A DNA stretch of 64,000 nucleotides from Bacillota bacterium (lineage in GTDB: Bacteria > Bacillota > Sulfobacillia > JAUYEG01), in assembly GCA_030691505.1 (NCBI GenBank), contig JAUYEG010000081.1:62738-126737 (forward strand). Direction: 5' to 3'. Shown here piece after piece: positions 21,864-31,515 of this stretch; positions within the stretch are counted from its first letter, which is position 1, and each line of letters starts with the position of its first letter. The position numbers and the translations under genes are program-made. The notes beneath the pieces were generated by a model, which saw only the letters and a program-made list of their open reading frames with translations, made no database searches and was not told where the DNA came from.

Positions 21864-23162
21864 TTGGACAAGGCACTACCACTTCTTAGACGGGGGGGTG
21901 AGGGATTGTTCAAGTTCAGCGATGACAAGGGCCAGCTAAAGTGCTCGTTCTGCGGCAAGGCGCAGGACCAGGTCAAACGGTTGGTCGCCGGTCCCGGCGT
22001 CTACATATGCGACGAGTGCATCGAGCTCTGCAACGAGATCATTGAGGAGGAGCTAAGCGAAGAGGCCGAGGTCAAGATCAAGGACTTCCCCAAGCCCAAG
22101 CAGATAAAAGACGCTCTGGACGAATACGTCATCGGGCAGGATCGGGCCAAGCGCATTCTGGCCGTGGCCGTGTACAATCACTACAAGCGGATAAACATGG
22201 CCAAGAAGCATGAGGACGTCGAGCTGCTTAAATCCAACATCGTCATGCTTGGTCCGACAGGCTGCGGCAAGACGTATCTGGCGCAAACCCTTGCGCGCAT
22301 CCTCAACGTTCCCTTCGCCATTTCCGACGCGACCTCGCTGACCGAGGCCGGTTATGTCGGCGAGGACGTCGAGAACATCTTGCTGCGGCTCATTCAGGCG
22401 GCGGACTACGACGTTGAGAAGGCTGAGCGGGGCATCGTCTACATCGACGAGATCGACAAGATCGCCCGCAAGTCCGAGAACCCGTCGATCACGCGCGATG
22501 TATCCGGTGAAGGCGTGCAGCAGGCCCTGCTCAAGATACTTGAGGGCACGGTGGCCAGCGTACCGCCGCAGGGAGGGCGCAAGCACCCGCACCAGGAGTT
22601 CATCCAGATCGACACGACCAACATCCTTTTCATCTGCGGCGGCGCGTTCGAGAGCGTCGACAAGATCATCTCCGCCCGTATCGGCCAAAAGGCCATTGGG
22701 TTCGGGGCCGACATCAAGGGCAAGCAGGACCTGTCCCTGGGCGACGTGCTGTCCCAGATCATGCCCCAGGACCTGCTCAAGTTCGGCATGATCCCGGAGT
22801 TCGTGGGGCGCGTGCCGGTTATCGCCACGCTCGAGCCGCTTGATGAAAAGGCCCTGATCGACATCCTTACCAAGCCCAAAAACGCGCTGGCGCGGCAATA
22901 CCGCAAGTTCCTGGAGCTCGACGGGGTTGACCTGGAATTCCGCGAGGACGCCCTGCGCGAGATCGCCCAGCAGGCCATCAAGCGCAAGCAGGGGGCCCGC
23001 GGGCTAAGGGCGATAATCGAGGACGTCATGCTCAACGTGATGTACGACGTCCCGTCGCGGACCGACGTCACAAAGTGCATCGTCACTCGCGAAGTCATCA
23101 CCAAGCGCGAGGACCCGTTGCTGGTAACAGCGGAACGCAAGCGCAAAGAGGAGACGGCCTAA
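21864..23162 (+). CDS. clpX: ATP-dependent Clp protease ATP-binding subunit ClpX
   Basis: Zinc-binding CSFCGK...[10 protein letters not shown], Walker [18 protein letters not shown], and sensor motifs. The start could be the TTG at about 21906. Confidence 0.95.
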   Translation: MDKALPLLRRGGEGLFKFSDDKGQLKCSFCGKAQDQVKRLVAGPGVYICDECIELCNEIIEEELSEEAEVKIKDFPKPKQIKDALDEYVIGQDRAKRILAVAVYNHYKRINMAKKHEDVELLKSNIVMLGPTGCGKTYLAQTLARILNVPFAISDATSLTEAGYVGEDVENILLRLIQAADYDVEKAERGIVYIDEIDKIARKSENPSITRDVSGEGVQQALLKILEGTVASVPPQGGRKHPHQEFIQIDTTNILFICGGAFESVDKIISARIGQKAIGFGADIKGKQDLSLGDVLSQIMPQDLLKFGMIPEFVGRVPVIATLEPLDEKALIDILTKPKNALARQYRKFLELDGVDLEFREDALREIAQQAIKRKQGARGLRAIIEDVMLNVMYDVPSRTDVTKCIVTREVITKREDPLLVTAERKRKEETA

Positions 23163-23313
23163 GGGTCGTTCACAGAGAAAAACGGCATCGCGGGCCAGCT
23201 GATCCAGCCGGCCCGCTTCACTTGTCCCCGGCGGGCGACAAAGGGAGGACGCGCCCGGCAGGCGAAACTCTCCCCCGTCATCGTCACGTCATGCCCCGAA
23301 AGGTGGTGGGCTC

Positions 23314-24186
23314 TTGTCAACCTACAGGCGCCTCATCGGACTGCCGGTTATCGCGCTTGCCGATGGCACCCGTCTGGGAACCGTCCGGCATCTCATTATT
23401 GACTCCGGCAAGGCCCAGATCGTCGGCCTGGCGTTGGAGGATGGCCGCTGGTGGCGCCCGAGTCCAGTGCTGTTGCTGCGCGACGCGGTGGGCCTTGGTG
23501 ACGAGGTCGTGACGGTGCGCGACCGGGCCGCGCTGGTCGAGGCCCCCGGGCAGCCGGAGTTGGAGCCTTTGCTCCTTGGGGAGCGTCCGCTCGTCGGTCA
23601 GCGGGTCCTGCGGGTTGACGGTTCGCTCCTCGGCTGGGTGACGGACTACGCCTTTGACCCGCGGTCGGGCCGTATCTTATCGCTCGAGGTGTCCCCGGAC
23701 GGCGCAGGCGGCGCTGACGATTCGGACGGCGCCGTGGCGCCGCAGCTGGTGGCGTACCAGCAAGTTCAGGTCCTCGGTCCGGATGCCGTGGTGGTAGCCC
23801 AAGCCGTCAGACAGGAGCCGAGGCACGCGCCGCTCCCGCCGCCCCCCGCGCCTGCTTCCGTGGCATCCGCTCCTGTGGCGTCCCCTCCTGAGCCCAATCG
23901 GACCACGGAAACCGCTGCGGACGCACCATGCGAAGCCACAGGCGCCGCACCGGCCGGGCAGCCCACGGCAACCACCGGCGGGGACCTTGCCCGCCTGTTC
24001 CGGGAGCGGCAAGAACGCTTTCTGCTGGGAAAGGTCGCCGGGCGGCCGGTCCTCGGGCGCGAGCGCAATGTCTTGGTGGAGGCCGGCACGACGGTCACGC
24101 AGGAGATCCTGGCAAAGGTAAAGGAGGCCGGCAAGCTGCTCGAGTTGACGGCCAGCGTAAGCATCTCTCGCGACGATCAGTCATAA
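23314..24186 (+). CDS. PRC-barrel domain protein (two tandem PRC barrels plus C-terminal domain)
   Basis: Repeated LIGLPVIALADGTRLGTVRHLIID / LVGQRVLRVDGSLLGWVTDYAFD segments typical of PRC barrels, followed by a Pro/Ala-rich linker. Confidence 0.55.
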   Translation: MSTYRRLIGLPVIALADGTRLGTVRHLIIDSGKAQIVGLALEDGRWWRPSPVLLLRDAVGLGDEVVTVRDRAALVEAPGQPELEPLLLGERPLVGQRVLRVDGSLLGWVTDYAFDPRSGRILSLEVSPDGAGGADDSDGAVAPQLVAYQQVQVLGPDAVVVAQAVRQEPRHAPLPPPPAPASVASAPVASPPEPNRTTETAADAPCEATGAAPAGQPTATTGGDLARLFRERQERFLLGKVAGRPVLGRERNVLVEAGTTVTQEILAKVKEAGKLLELTASVSISRDDQS

Positions 24187-24275
24187 CTGCCCGAAGCCCA
24201 GCTTACCCCGGATAGCTGCGAATACGCAGGCAAATACTTTGCCTGGGGCCGGCGGCGCCCCAACGCCACCGCGAC

Positions 24276-26009
24276 TTGGGGGCCTGCGGTTTGAACATCG
24301 GCAGCATCCTGACTTTGGTCCAGTTTTTCTTCGCCATCGTCATCGGCCTGTACTTTCTGAACCTGCTGCGCTCGCAGCAGGGAACGAAGGTCGCCGTCGA
24401 CCGCGAATCCAAGAAGGAACTGGACAAACTGGAGCGGCTGAGGGCTGTCCGGCTGACGCAGCCCCTGGCCGAGCGGACCCGGCCGAGCCGCTTTGAGGAC
24501 ATCATCGGTCAGGCCGACGGGCTGCGCGCCCTGCGGGCAGCCCTGTGCGGCCCCAACCCGCAGCACGTGATCATCTACGGGCCGCCCGGGATAGGCAAGA
24601 CGGCCGCGGCACGCCTGGTGCTTGGAGAGGCCAAGCGCAACCCCGAATCTCCTTTCGCCGAGGAGGCCCGGTTTGTCGAAATCGACGCCACGACCGCGCG
24701 CTTTGACGAGCGCGGTATCGCGGATCCCCTGATCGGCTCGGTCCACGACCCGATCTACCAGGGAGCCGGTGCGATGGGGATCGCGGGCATTCCGCAGCCC
24801 AAGCCCGGCGCGGTGACCAAGGCCCATGGCGGCGTGCTTTTTATCGACGAGATCGGCGAACTGCACCCGGTGCAGATGAACAAGCTGCTCAAGGTGCTCG
24901 AGGACCGCAAGGTGTTCCTTGAAAGCGCGTATTACTGCGCCGAGGACGCCAACATCCCGCGGCATATCAAGGACATCTTTGATAACGGCCTGCCCGCCGA
25001 CTTCCGGCTTGTGGGCGCGACAACCCACCTCCCCGACGACATCCCGCCGGCGATCAGGTCGCGGTGCGTGGAGGTGTTCTTCCGGCCGCTGCGTCCCGAG
25101 GAGGTCTCGCAGATCGCGGCCAACGCCGCCGACCGCATCAGCTTCGAGATCGACCCGCAGGCGCTTCTTGTCCTGCGTTCCTATGCCCAAAACGGACGCG
25201 ACGCCGTCAACATCATCCAGGTCGCGGCCGGCATCGCCCAGACCGAGGGGCGGCGCGGGATATCGCGCGAGGACATCGAATGGGTGGTCGCCAGCGGCCA
25301 GTACGCGCCACGAATGATGTTCAGACCACCGTCCAGGCCCACGGTGGGAGTGGTCTGCGGGCTGGCGATTACCGGTCCCAACTGCGGCACGCTGATTGAA
25401 ATCGAGGCCTCGGCCGCACACGCCCTCCATCCGGGCGAAGGACGCCTTACGGTGACCGGCATTATTGAAGAGGAGGAGTTTAGCTCCCTGCACCGCAAGC
25501 TCCGCCGCAAGGGAATGGCCAGGGGGGCCGTCGAGAACGTCCTTACAGTGCTCAAGAACCTGCTGGGCGTACACGCCGATGACTACGACCTGCATATCAA
25601 CTTCCCCGGCGGCGTTCCCACCGACGGGCCCTCGGCGGGAACCGCCGTCGCCACCGCGATCTACTCGGCGATAGCGGGAATCCCGGTGGACAACAGGGTT
25701 GCCATCACCGGCGAGCTATCCATCACCGGCGACGTCAAGCCGGTAGGGGGTATCGTGGCGAAGATCCAGGCCGCCGGGCACAGCTCCATTGATACTGTCC
25801 TCATCCCCCACGAGAACTGGCAGGAGCTTTTCCGCAAGGAGCCGCGCATCAAGGTCGTGCCGGTGAGGCGCCTCGAGGAGGTGCTGGCGCACGCGATGGC
25901 TGGAGCTCCCGCGCTACGGGGCGGCGACGCGCACGAACTCACGACCGCGGCGGCCAACGCAGCGGGGACGGCCGGTGCCGCCGGCAGGGGCTCGGGGCCT
26001 ACCGGCTAG
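24276..26009 (+). CDS. lonB: Lon-like ATP-dependent protease LonB (membrane-anchored, sporulation-type)
   Basis: N-terminal TM (ILTLVQFFFAIVIGLYFLNLL), AAA+ Walker A GPPGIGKT, and a C-terminal Lon proteolytic domain. It sits between clpX and lon as in Bacillus. Confidence 0.8.
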   Translation: MGACGLNIGSILTLVQFFFAIVIGLYFLNLLRSQQGTKVAVDRESKKELDKLERLRAVRLTQPLAERTRPSRFEDIIGQADGLRALRAALCGPNPQHVIIYGPPGIGKTAAARLVLGEAKRNPESPFAEEARFVEIDATTARFDERGIADPLIGSVHDPIYQGAGAMGIAGIPQPKPGAVTKAHGGVLFIDEIGELHPVQMNKLLKVLEDRKVFLESAYYCAEDANIPRHIKDIFDNGLPADFRLVGATTHLPDDIPPAIRSRCVEVFFRPLRPEEVSQIAANAADRISFEIDPQALLVLRSYAQNGRDAVNIIQVAAGIAQTEGRRGISREDIEWVVASGQYAPRMMFRPPSRPTVGVVCGLAITGPNCGTLIEIEASAAHALHPGEGRLTVTGIIEEEEFSSLHRKLRRKGMARGAVENVLTVLKNLLGVHADDYDLHINFPGGVPTDGPSAGTAVATAIYSAIAGIPVDNRVAITGELSITGDVKPVGGIVAKIQAAGHSSIDTVLIPHENWQELFRKEPRIKVVPVRRLEEVLAHAMAGAPALRGGDAHELTTAAANAAGTAGAAGRGSGPTG

Positions 26010-26300
26010 CTGCGCGCCCCCCGGGGACCGGCAGACCCGGGGCCACCGGCCGCGGGTCTGCATTGCGCACCACTCGGCAGTACCGCGCTGATCACCCATT
26101 CCGGCCAGACCATCCAAAGACGACATTCCCTGAGCCGGATCCCGCGGCAAGACCTTCATTGGCGGCAGCCATTTGGCGTTCCGAACCGTCTGCCTGGGCA
26201 TTTGTTCGCGACACGCACGGACAAGTGCAGGACTACGCATGCGCAGGTGGAATACCTGCTTATGCCGTCATATCATCCCTAGCGAGGCGACGAAAGGAGG

Positions 26301-28730
26301 TTGGCCAGAGTGCCATTGCGCCGACAACAGGTCGTGCCGTTGGCCCGTGAGGTGCCGCTGCTTCCTCTCCGGGGGCTGCTCGTATTTCCTCGTATGATGA
26401 TGCACCTTGAGGTTGGGCGGGAGAAGTCCATCAGTGCCGTTACAGACGCCATGGATCGCGATCGCCGTATCCTGCTGGCCACCCAAAAGGACGTCGAAGT
26501 CGAGCAACCCGGGCCGGATGATATTCACGACGTTGGCACCCTGGCGGAAATAAAGCAGCTTGTGCGGTTGCCCGACGGCAACCTGCGGGTGCTTGTCGAG
26601 GGGCTATCGAGGGCGCGGATTCTGGGGTTTGTACGCACCGAGCCCAGCCATCGCGTCCGGGTTGAGGAGCTGCCGCTCAGCAGCGAGTCAAGCGCCGAGA
26701 TCGAGGCCATGACGCGGACGGTTACGGGCCTGTTCGAGCAGTATGCCAAACAGAGCCGCCGCCTCGGTAGTGACGCGCTAAGCTCGGTCCAGGGCTTGAC
26801 CGATTCCGGCGAGATTGCCGACCAGATCACCTCGATGCTAAACCTCAAGGTGGAGGAAAAGCAGGCGCTGCTCGACGCGGCGGACACCGGCGAGCGTCTG
26901 GCCATTCTCGCCGAGGTGCTCTACCGCGAGATCGAGATCATGGAGCTGGAGCGAAAGATCAGCCACCGCGTGCGCAAGCAGATGGAGAAATCCCAGCGCG
27001 AGTACTACCTTCGCGAGCAGCTTAAAGCAATACACAAGGAGCTCGGCGACGGCGGCGAGGACCGGGCCGGCGAGGCGGCCGAGCTGCGGGAACGCATCAA
27101 GCAGGCCAACCTGCCGGCGGATGCCGAGGACAAGGCGCTCAAGGAAGTCGAGCGCCTCGAGCGCATGCCGCCGATGGCCGCCGAGGCGGTCGTGGTGCGC
27201 ACCTACCTCGACTGGCTTCTTTCGCTTCCCTGGAGCCAGGCAACCGATGATAGTCTCGACCTCAAGGCTGCCCAGCAGGTGCTGGACGAGGACCACTACG
27301 GACTGGTCAAGGTCAAGGAGCGGATCCTCGAGTTCCTGGCGATCCGTCACCTGTCCAAAGACCTGCGCGGTCCGATCCTGTGCCTGGTCGGCCCGCCGGG
27401 TGTGGGCAAGACATCGCTCGGCAAGAGCATCGCCCGGGCCCTGGGGCGCAAGTTTGTGCGCATCTCCCTCGGCGGCGTGCGCGACGAGGCCGAAATACGC
27501 GGGCACCGGCGCACATATGTCGGAGCGCTGCCCGGACGGATCATTCAGGGTATCCGCCAGGCAGGCAGCAGCAACCCGGTGTTCTTGATGGACGAGATCG
27601 ACAAGCTGGGCGTGGACTACCGCGGCGACCCTGCCTCCGCTCTGTTGGAGGTTCTCGATCCGGAACAAAACAGGACCTTCTCGGACCACTACCTTGAGGT
27701 CCCGTTCAACCTGGCCAACGTGCTTTTTATCACGACCGCCAATAACCGGCACACGATCCCGCAGCCGCTGCTGGACCGCATGGAGGTCATCAACCTTCCC
27801 GGATATACCGAGGAGGAAAAGGTGCAAATCGGGCGGCGGCATCTGATGGGCAAGGTGCTGCGCGAGCACGGCCTGTCCCGCGGCCAGCTCGAAGTGTCGG
27901 ACAACGCGATGCGCCAGGTCGTCAGCCTCTACACGCGTGAGGCGGGCGTTCGCGCCTTCGAGCGCCACTTGGCGTCAATATGCCGCAAGGTGGCCAGGGA
28001 GATCGTCGGCGGCCGGAAGCGTCTGACCCGCGTGCCTGTCAACAGCCTCCGCACCTACCTCGGCATCCCTCCGTTCCACGCGAGCGAGGCTGAGAAGCGC
28101 GACGAGATCGGCGTCGCCCAGGCGCTCGCGGTCACGGAGTACGGCGGCACGCTGATGCCGATCGAGGTCACCCTGCTCAAGGGCAAGGGCTCGGTGATGC
28201 TCACCGGCAAACTGGGCGAGGTCATGCGCGAATCGGCCCAGGCCGGACTGTCGTACATCAGGTCGCGTAGCGAACAGCTGGACATAGAGCCTGATTTCCA
28301 TGAGAAGTACGACATTCACGTGCACATCCCGGAGGGCTCGATTCCCAAAGACGGGCCGTCCGCCGGCATCACGATAGCCCTGGCTGTCGTGTCCGCCCTG
28401 GCGCGAATCCCGGTCCGGCACGATGTGGCCATGACAGGCGAAATCACCCTGCGAGGCAAGGTTCTCGGCATCGGCGGTATAAAAGAGAAAGTCCTCGCGG
28501 CGCACCGGGCGGGGATCAAGACCGTGATCATCCCCAAGGAAAACGAGAAAGACCTGGAGGATATTCCGCCTGAAGTGCGGCGGGACCTGGAGTTCTCGCT
28601 TGTCGAGCACATGGATGAGGTGCTTGAGGTCGCGCTGGCCGGAGAAACGCCGGGCGCCGCGGCCGCTCGTGTGCCGCCCAACGCCCAACAAAGCCTGGAA
28701 GGTCCCGTCGTTTCGCATCACCTGTCCTAA
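26301..28730 (+). CDS. lon: ATP-dependent protease Lon (LonA)
   Basis: LON N-domain ([23 protein letters not shown]), [53 protein letters not shown], and a proteolytic domain with PKDGPSAG. Confidence 0.95.
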   Translation: MARVPLRRQQVVPLAREVPLLPLRGLLVFPRMMMHLEVGREKSISAVTDAMDRDRRILLATQKDVEVEQPGPDDIHDVGTLAEIKQLVRLPDGNLRVLVEGLSRARILGFVRTEPSHRVRVEELPLSSESSAEIEAMTRTVTGLFEQYAKQSRRLGSDALSSVQGLTDSGEIADQITSMLNLKVEEKQALLDAADTGERLAILAEVLYREIEIMELERKISHRVRKQMEKSQREYYLREQLKAIHKELGDGGEDRAGEAAELRERIKQANLPADAEDKALKEVERLERMPPMAAEAVVVRTYLDWLLSLPWSQATDDSLDLKAAQQVLDEDHYGLVKVKERILEFLAIRHLSKDLRGPILCLVGPPGVGKTSLGKSIARALGRKFVRISLGGVRDEAEIRGHRRTYVGALPGRIIQGIRQAGSSNPVFLMDEIDKLGVDYRGDPASALLEVLDPEQNRTFSDHYLEVPFNLANVLFITTANNRHTIPQPLLDRMEVINLPGYTEEEKVQIGRRHLMGKVLREHGLSRGQLEVSDNAMRQVVSLYTREAGVRAFERHLASICRKVAREIVGGRKRLTRVPVNSLRTYLGIPPFHASEAEKRDEIGVAQALAVTEYGGTLMPIEVTLLKGKGSVMLTGKLGEVMRESAQAGLSYIRSRSEQLDIEPDFHEKYDIHVHIPEGSIPKDGPSAGITIALAVVSALARIPVRHDVAMTGEITLRGKVLGIGGIKEKVLAAHRAGIKTVIIPKENEKDLEDIPPEVRRDLEFSLVEHMDEVLEVALAGETPGAAAARVPPNAQQSLEGPVVSHHLS

Positions 28731-28862
28731 CAGCTTTTCCGCGCTCCATCCGGGCCGCCGGCATGACCGGCGGCTCGTTTCTGTCCGAGCGCATTTAGAT
28801 GCCCGTTTAGCTGGTAGTATCCCCGTCGCCGACAAGCGTGGCCGGCTCCGATTTATTGCTCG

Positions 28863-28890
28863 TTGACAGCCTGCGAGCCGGGCATATAAT
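28863..28890 (+). promoter_or_regulatory. consensus sigma-A-type promoter (TTGACA - 16 nt - TATAAT)
   Basis: TTGACA at 28863-28868 and TATAAT at 28885-28890, about 140 nt upstream of the ATP-grasp gene. Confidence 0.5.
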
Positions 28891-29032
28891 GAGTGTCGCA
28901 TGAAAGCTATTACAGCCTGGCTGCTTGATCGGCGCACGGTGGGCCGGCGGCCGAGAGGGAGGGGTCCTACGAGAAAAGGGGCAGAGTGGTTTGGCCGTCC
29001 TCCTAATTATGCAGTCAAGGAGCAATGAACCA

Positions 29033-30064
29033 ATGGGCTTAACCGTAGCGCTCTGCTTCAATCTCGGCAAGGACTTCGTCCCCCGAGATGATGAGCCTCC
29101 CGATTTGCACTGTGAACTCGACTCGGAAAAGACAGTCGGCGCCGTCTGCGCCGCCCTTGTCGACGGCGGGCACACCCCCGTCCTGATCGAGGCCGACGCG
29201 GACGCACCCGCGCGGTTGTCCGCAACGAGGCCTGACCTTGTCTTCAACATCGCTGAAGGCCTGTGCGGGGAAAGCCGCGAGAGCTTCATCCCCGCGGTCT
29301 GTGATTCGCTGGGGATCCCCTACACCGGTTCCGGCGTTCTACCGCTCGCGCTGTCGCTCGACAAGGCGATGGCAAAGCGGGTCTTGGCGTTCGAAGGTGT
29401 GCCGACGCCCCCCTTCAAGGTCATCCGGCCGGGCGAGGAGATCGATGTGCGCGGCCTGCGGTATCCGCTTTTCGTCAAACCGCTCCGCGAGGGGTCGAGC
29501 ATGGGCATCTCCCCGCAGTCGCGGGTTGACGGCCCGTTCGAACTCCGCGAGCAGGTCTACGCCGTGCATCAGGGCTACCGCCAGCCGGCGCTGGTCGAGG
29601 AGTTCCTTGAGGGGCGCGAGTTCACCGTGGGCATCCTCGGCAACGAGGATCCGGAGTTCTTTCCCATAATGGAGATCAACTTCGCCGCTGTTCCACCGGA
29701 GCACGAGGTCTACTCGCGCCAGTTCAAGGCGGAGTGGTCGTCGTGGGACTACTACCTGTGCCCGGCGCCGGTCAGCGAGCTGGAACGGCGGATCATGGAA
29801 GAAACCGCCCTGTCGGCTTTTCGCGCTCTGGGTTGCCGCGATTTCGGCCGGGTTGACATCCGGTACGACCGCGACGGCCGGCCGCACGTCCTGGAAATCA
29901 ACCCGATCCCCGGCATGTCCCCCGGCTTCAGCGATTATCCGCGTATGGCGGAGGTCGGCGGGTATACATATGCCGCTCTGGTCAACGCCGTCGTTCGCGT
30001 CACCGCGCTCCGCTGTGGGCTGCTGCACGGCGGCCGTATGATCGCCGCCACCGGATCAAGCTAG
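29033..30064 (+). CDS. D-alanine--D-alanine ligase family ATP-grasp enzyme
   Basis: Ddl-like N-domain (NIAEGLCGESRESFIPAVCDSLGIPYTGSG), ATP-grasp core (YPLFVKPLREGSSMGIS), and C-terminal EINPIPGM. Start MGLTV after AGGAGC; the ORF opens at 28925. Confidence 0.65.
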   Translation: MGLTVALCFNLGKDFVPRDDEPPDLHCELDSEKTVGAVCAALVDGGHTPVLIEADADAPARLSATRPDLVFNIAEGLCGESRESFIPAVCDSLGIPYTGSGVLPLALSLDKAMAKRVLAFEGVPTPPFKVIRPGEEIDVRGLRYPLFVKPLREGSSMGISPQSRVDGPFELREQVYAVHQGYRQPALVEEFLEGREFTVGILGNEDPEFFPIMEINFAAVPPEHEVYSRQFKAEWSSWDYYLCPAPVSELERRIMEETALSAFRALGCRDFGRVDIRYDRDGRPHVLEINPIPGMSPGFSDYPRMAEVGGYTYAALVNAVVRVTALRCGLLHGGRMIAATGSS

Positions 30065-30314
30065 GTACTGGCGCCAGGCCCCAGTCGGGTCAGCTCGGCT
30101 GGGGCTTGGCCTTGTGCGTTCAAATCCGGCTAGTCCGCACCGTGCCACAATGCACCAATCCCGCTCCGGCAGGAAGGGCCAAACCACCAGCGAAAACACC
30201 GGACAAGCAGCCAAAAGCCCTGCGTTACGCATCGGGCGAAGGCGTGTCTGAAGGGCCCCGGGGACGTCTCGCCTTGACCATGTCCGCCCCCGACCCAGGG
30301 AGGGATTCCGCGAC

Positions 30315-30851
30315 GTGGCGAGGGCTGTTGCACTCCGTCCCGTGGCTGAGGACGATTTCGACCGCTTGGTAACCTGGGAAACCGACCCCACCATCGAAAT
30401 CCAGTTTGGCAAGACCTTTTCATCCATCGGCGACTTCAGGCGCTACCGTGCAGAACTCGTGCGCGGGCGCCGCTATGCCATGGTGGTCGAGGCCGAGCAG
30501 ACCGGAATCATCGGCTATGTCGAGCTTGTCAACCTGGCCTGGCGGGCCAAGTCCGCCGAGCTCTGCGTGCTCATCGGCGAGGAGCGCTTCCGGGGGCTGG
30601 GCCACGGCACGTCCGCCCTTGACCTCTTCCTGCAGGTCGCCTTCGAGCAGCTTGCGCTGGATCGCGTCTACCTCAGGGTCGCGTGCGGCAACAAGCGCGC
30701 CCGGCGCTGCTACGAAAAATGCGGCTTCCGGGCCAGAGGCATACTGCCGGTGACGGCGCGCCAGCCGGACCGCTCGGACGACCTGCTGCTAATGGAGCTG
30801 TGGCGGTGTGATTGGGCCGCGGGCGGCCGCGTCGCGGCGGGGGAGTCTTAG
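30315..30851 (+). CDS. GNAT family N-acetyltransferase (RimJ/RimL-like)
   Basis: GNAT motifs: IGYVELVNLAWRAKSAELCVLIGEERFRGLGHGTSAL, RVYLRVACGNKRARRCYEKCGF. Confidence 0.8.
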   Translation: MARAVALRPVAEDDFDRLVTWETDPTIEIQFGKTFSSIGDFRRYRAELVRGRRYAMVVEAEQTGIIGYVELVNLAWRAKSAELCVLIGEERFRGLGHGTSALDLFLQVAFEQLALDRVYLRVACGNKRARRCYEKCGFRARGILPVTARQPDRSDDLLLMELWRCDWAAGGRVAAGES

Positions 30852-30889
30852 CGGGGTCAGGCGGGCGAGGCGCGGCGGGGCCGGGCGAG

Positions 30890-31095
30890 GCGCCGCGGGA
30901 CTGCTCGCTACAGAGCAGGTGCTGGGCCCGACCTGCTTTCTGCAGATCAGATGTGGGCCGACCTGCTTTCCACAGAGCAGCAGATGGGTTCCTGCTCGCC
31001 ACGAAGCAGATGGCTTGGTGGACCTGCTTTCCTGAGAGCAGGTCGCCGGCAGTACCTGCTTTGTAGCAAGCAGGCGCCGTGTCCGGCCTCCCACC
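30890..31095. repeat. six tandem imperfect hairpin (palindromic) repeat units, about ACCTGCTTTCnnnAGAGCAGGT, 30-35 bp period
   Basis: cctgctcgctacagagcaggtg; acctgctttctgcagatcag; acctgctttccacagagcagcag; tcctgctcgccacgaagcag; acctgctttcctgagagcaggt; acctgctttgtagcaagcaggcg. Confidence 0.7.
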
Positions 31096-31199
31096 AGCGG
31101 GCCGGCGAGCCTGCCGGCAGCGTGCTTCGTTTCCCCCGCAGTTGACACTACCCGGCCAGCTTGCTAGATTGGTTCTAATCACACAGTGCACTGGCAATG

Positions 31200-31495
31200 A
31201 CGAGGAAGAGTAGTCCCGCACGGACCTCAGAGAGGGCGGCTCACCGGCTGCGAGGCCGCCTGGGAGATTGGCGGGACGAATGTCGCCTCTGAGCTTCCGG
31301 CGCGAGGGCCCGCAGGGATACCGATCCCGGGCCGGAGAGCCGGGCGGGAGAAGCCCGTTACAGCGTCAAGTGCTTGACGGCCGGCCTGCCGGATCGGATC
31401 GGATCGGCCTGGCGGCCGGCGGCGGGAACTAAGGTGGTACCGCGGGAGCGGATGCTTTCGTCCTTTGGGGGCGAAGGCATTTTTGTTTTCGGTGC
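31200..31495 (+). promoter_or_regulatory. T-box riboswitch leader of valS, with terminator
   Basis: Stem I GA-motif region gacgaggaagagtag at about 31197. Conserved T-box sequence AACTAAGGTGGTACCGCGGGAG at 31427-31448. Terminator hairpin ATGCTTTCGTCC/GGGGCGAAGGCAT followed by TTTTGTTTT at 31452-31489, just upstream of valS. Confidence 0.65.
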
Positions 31496-31515
31496 CGCCG
31501 CGAAGAGGAGTTGAG

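Noticed and set aside
30850-31150. Possible small protein genes among the track ORFs 30808-31148
   Set aside because: The region is a hairpin repeat array. The ORFs are repeat-derived low-complexity translations.
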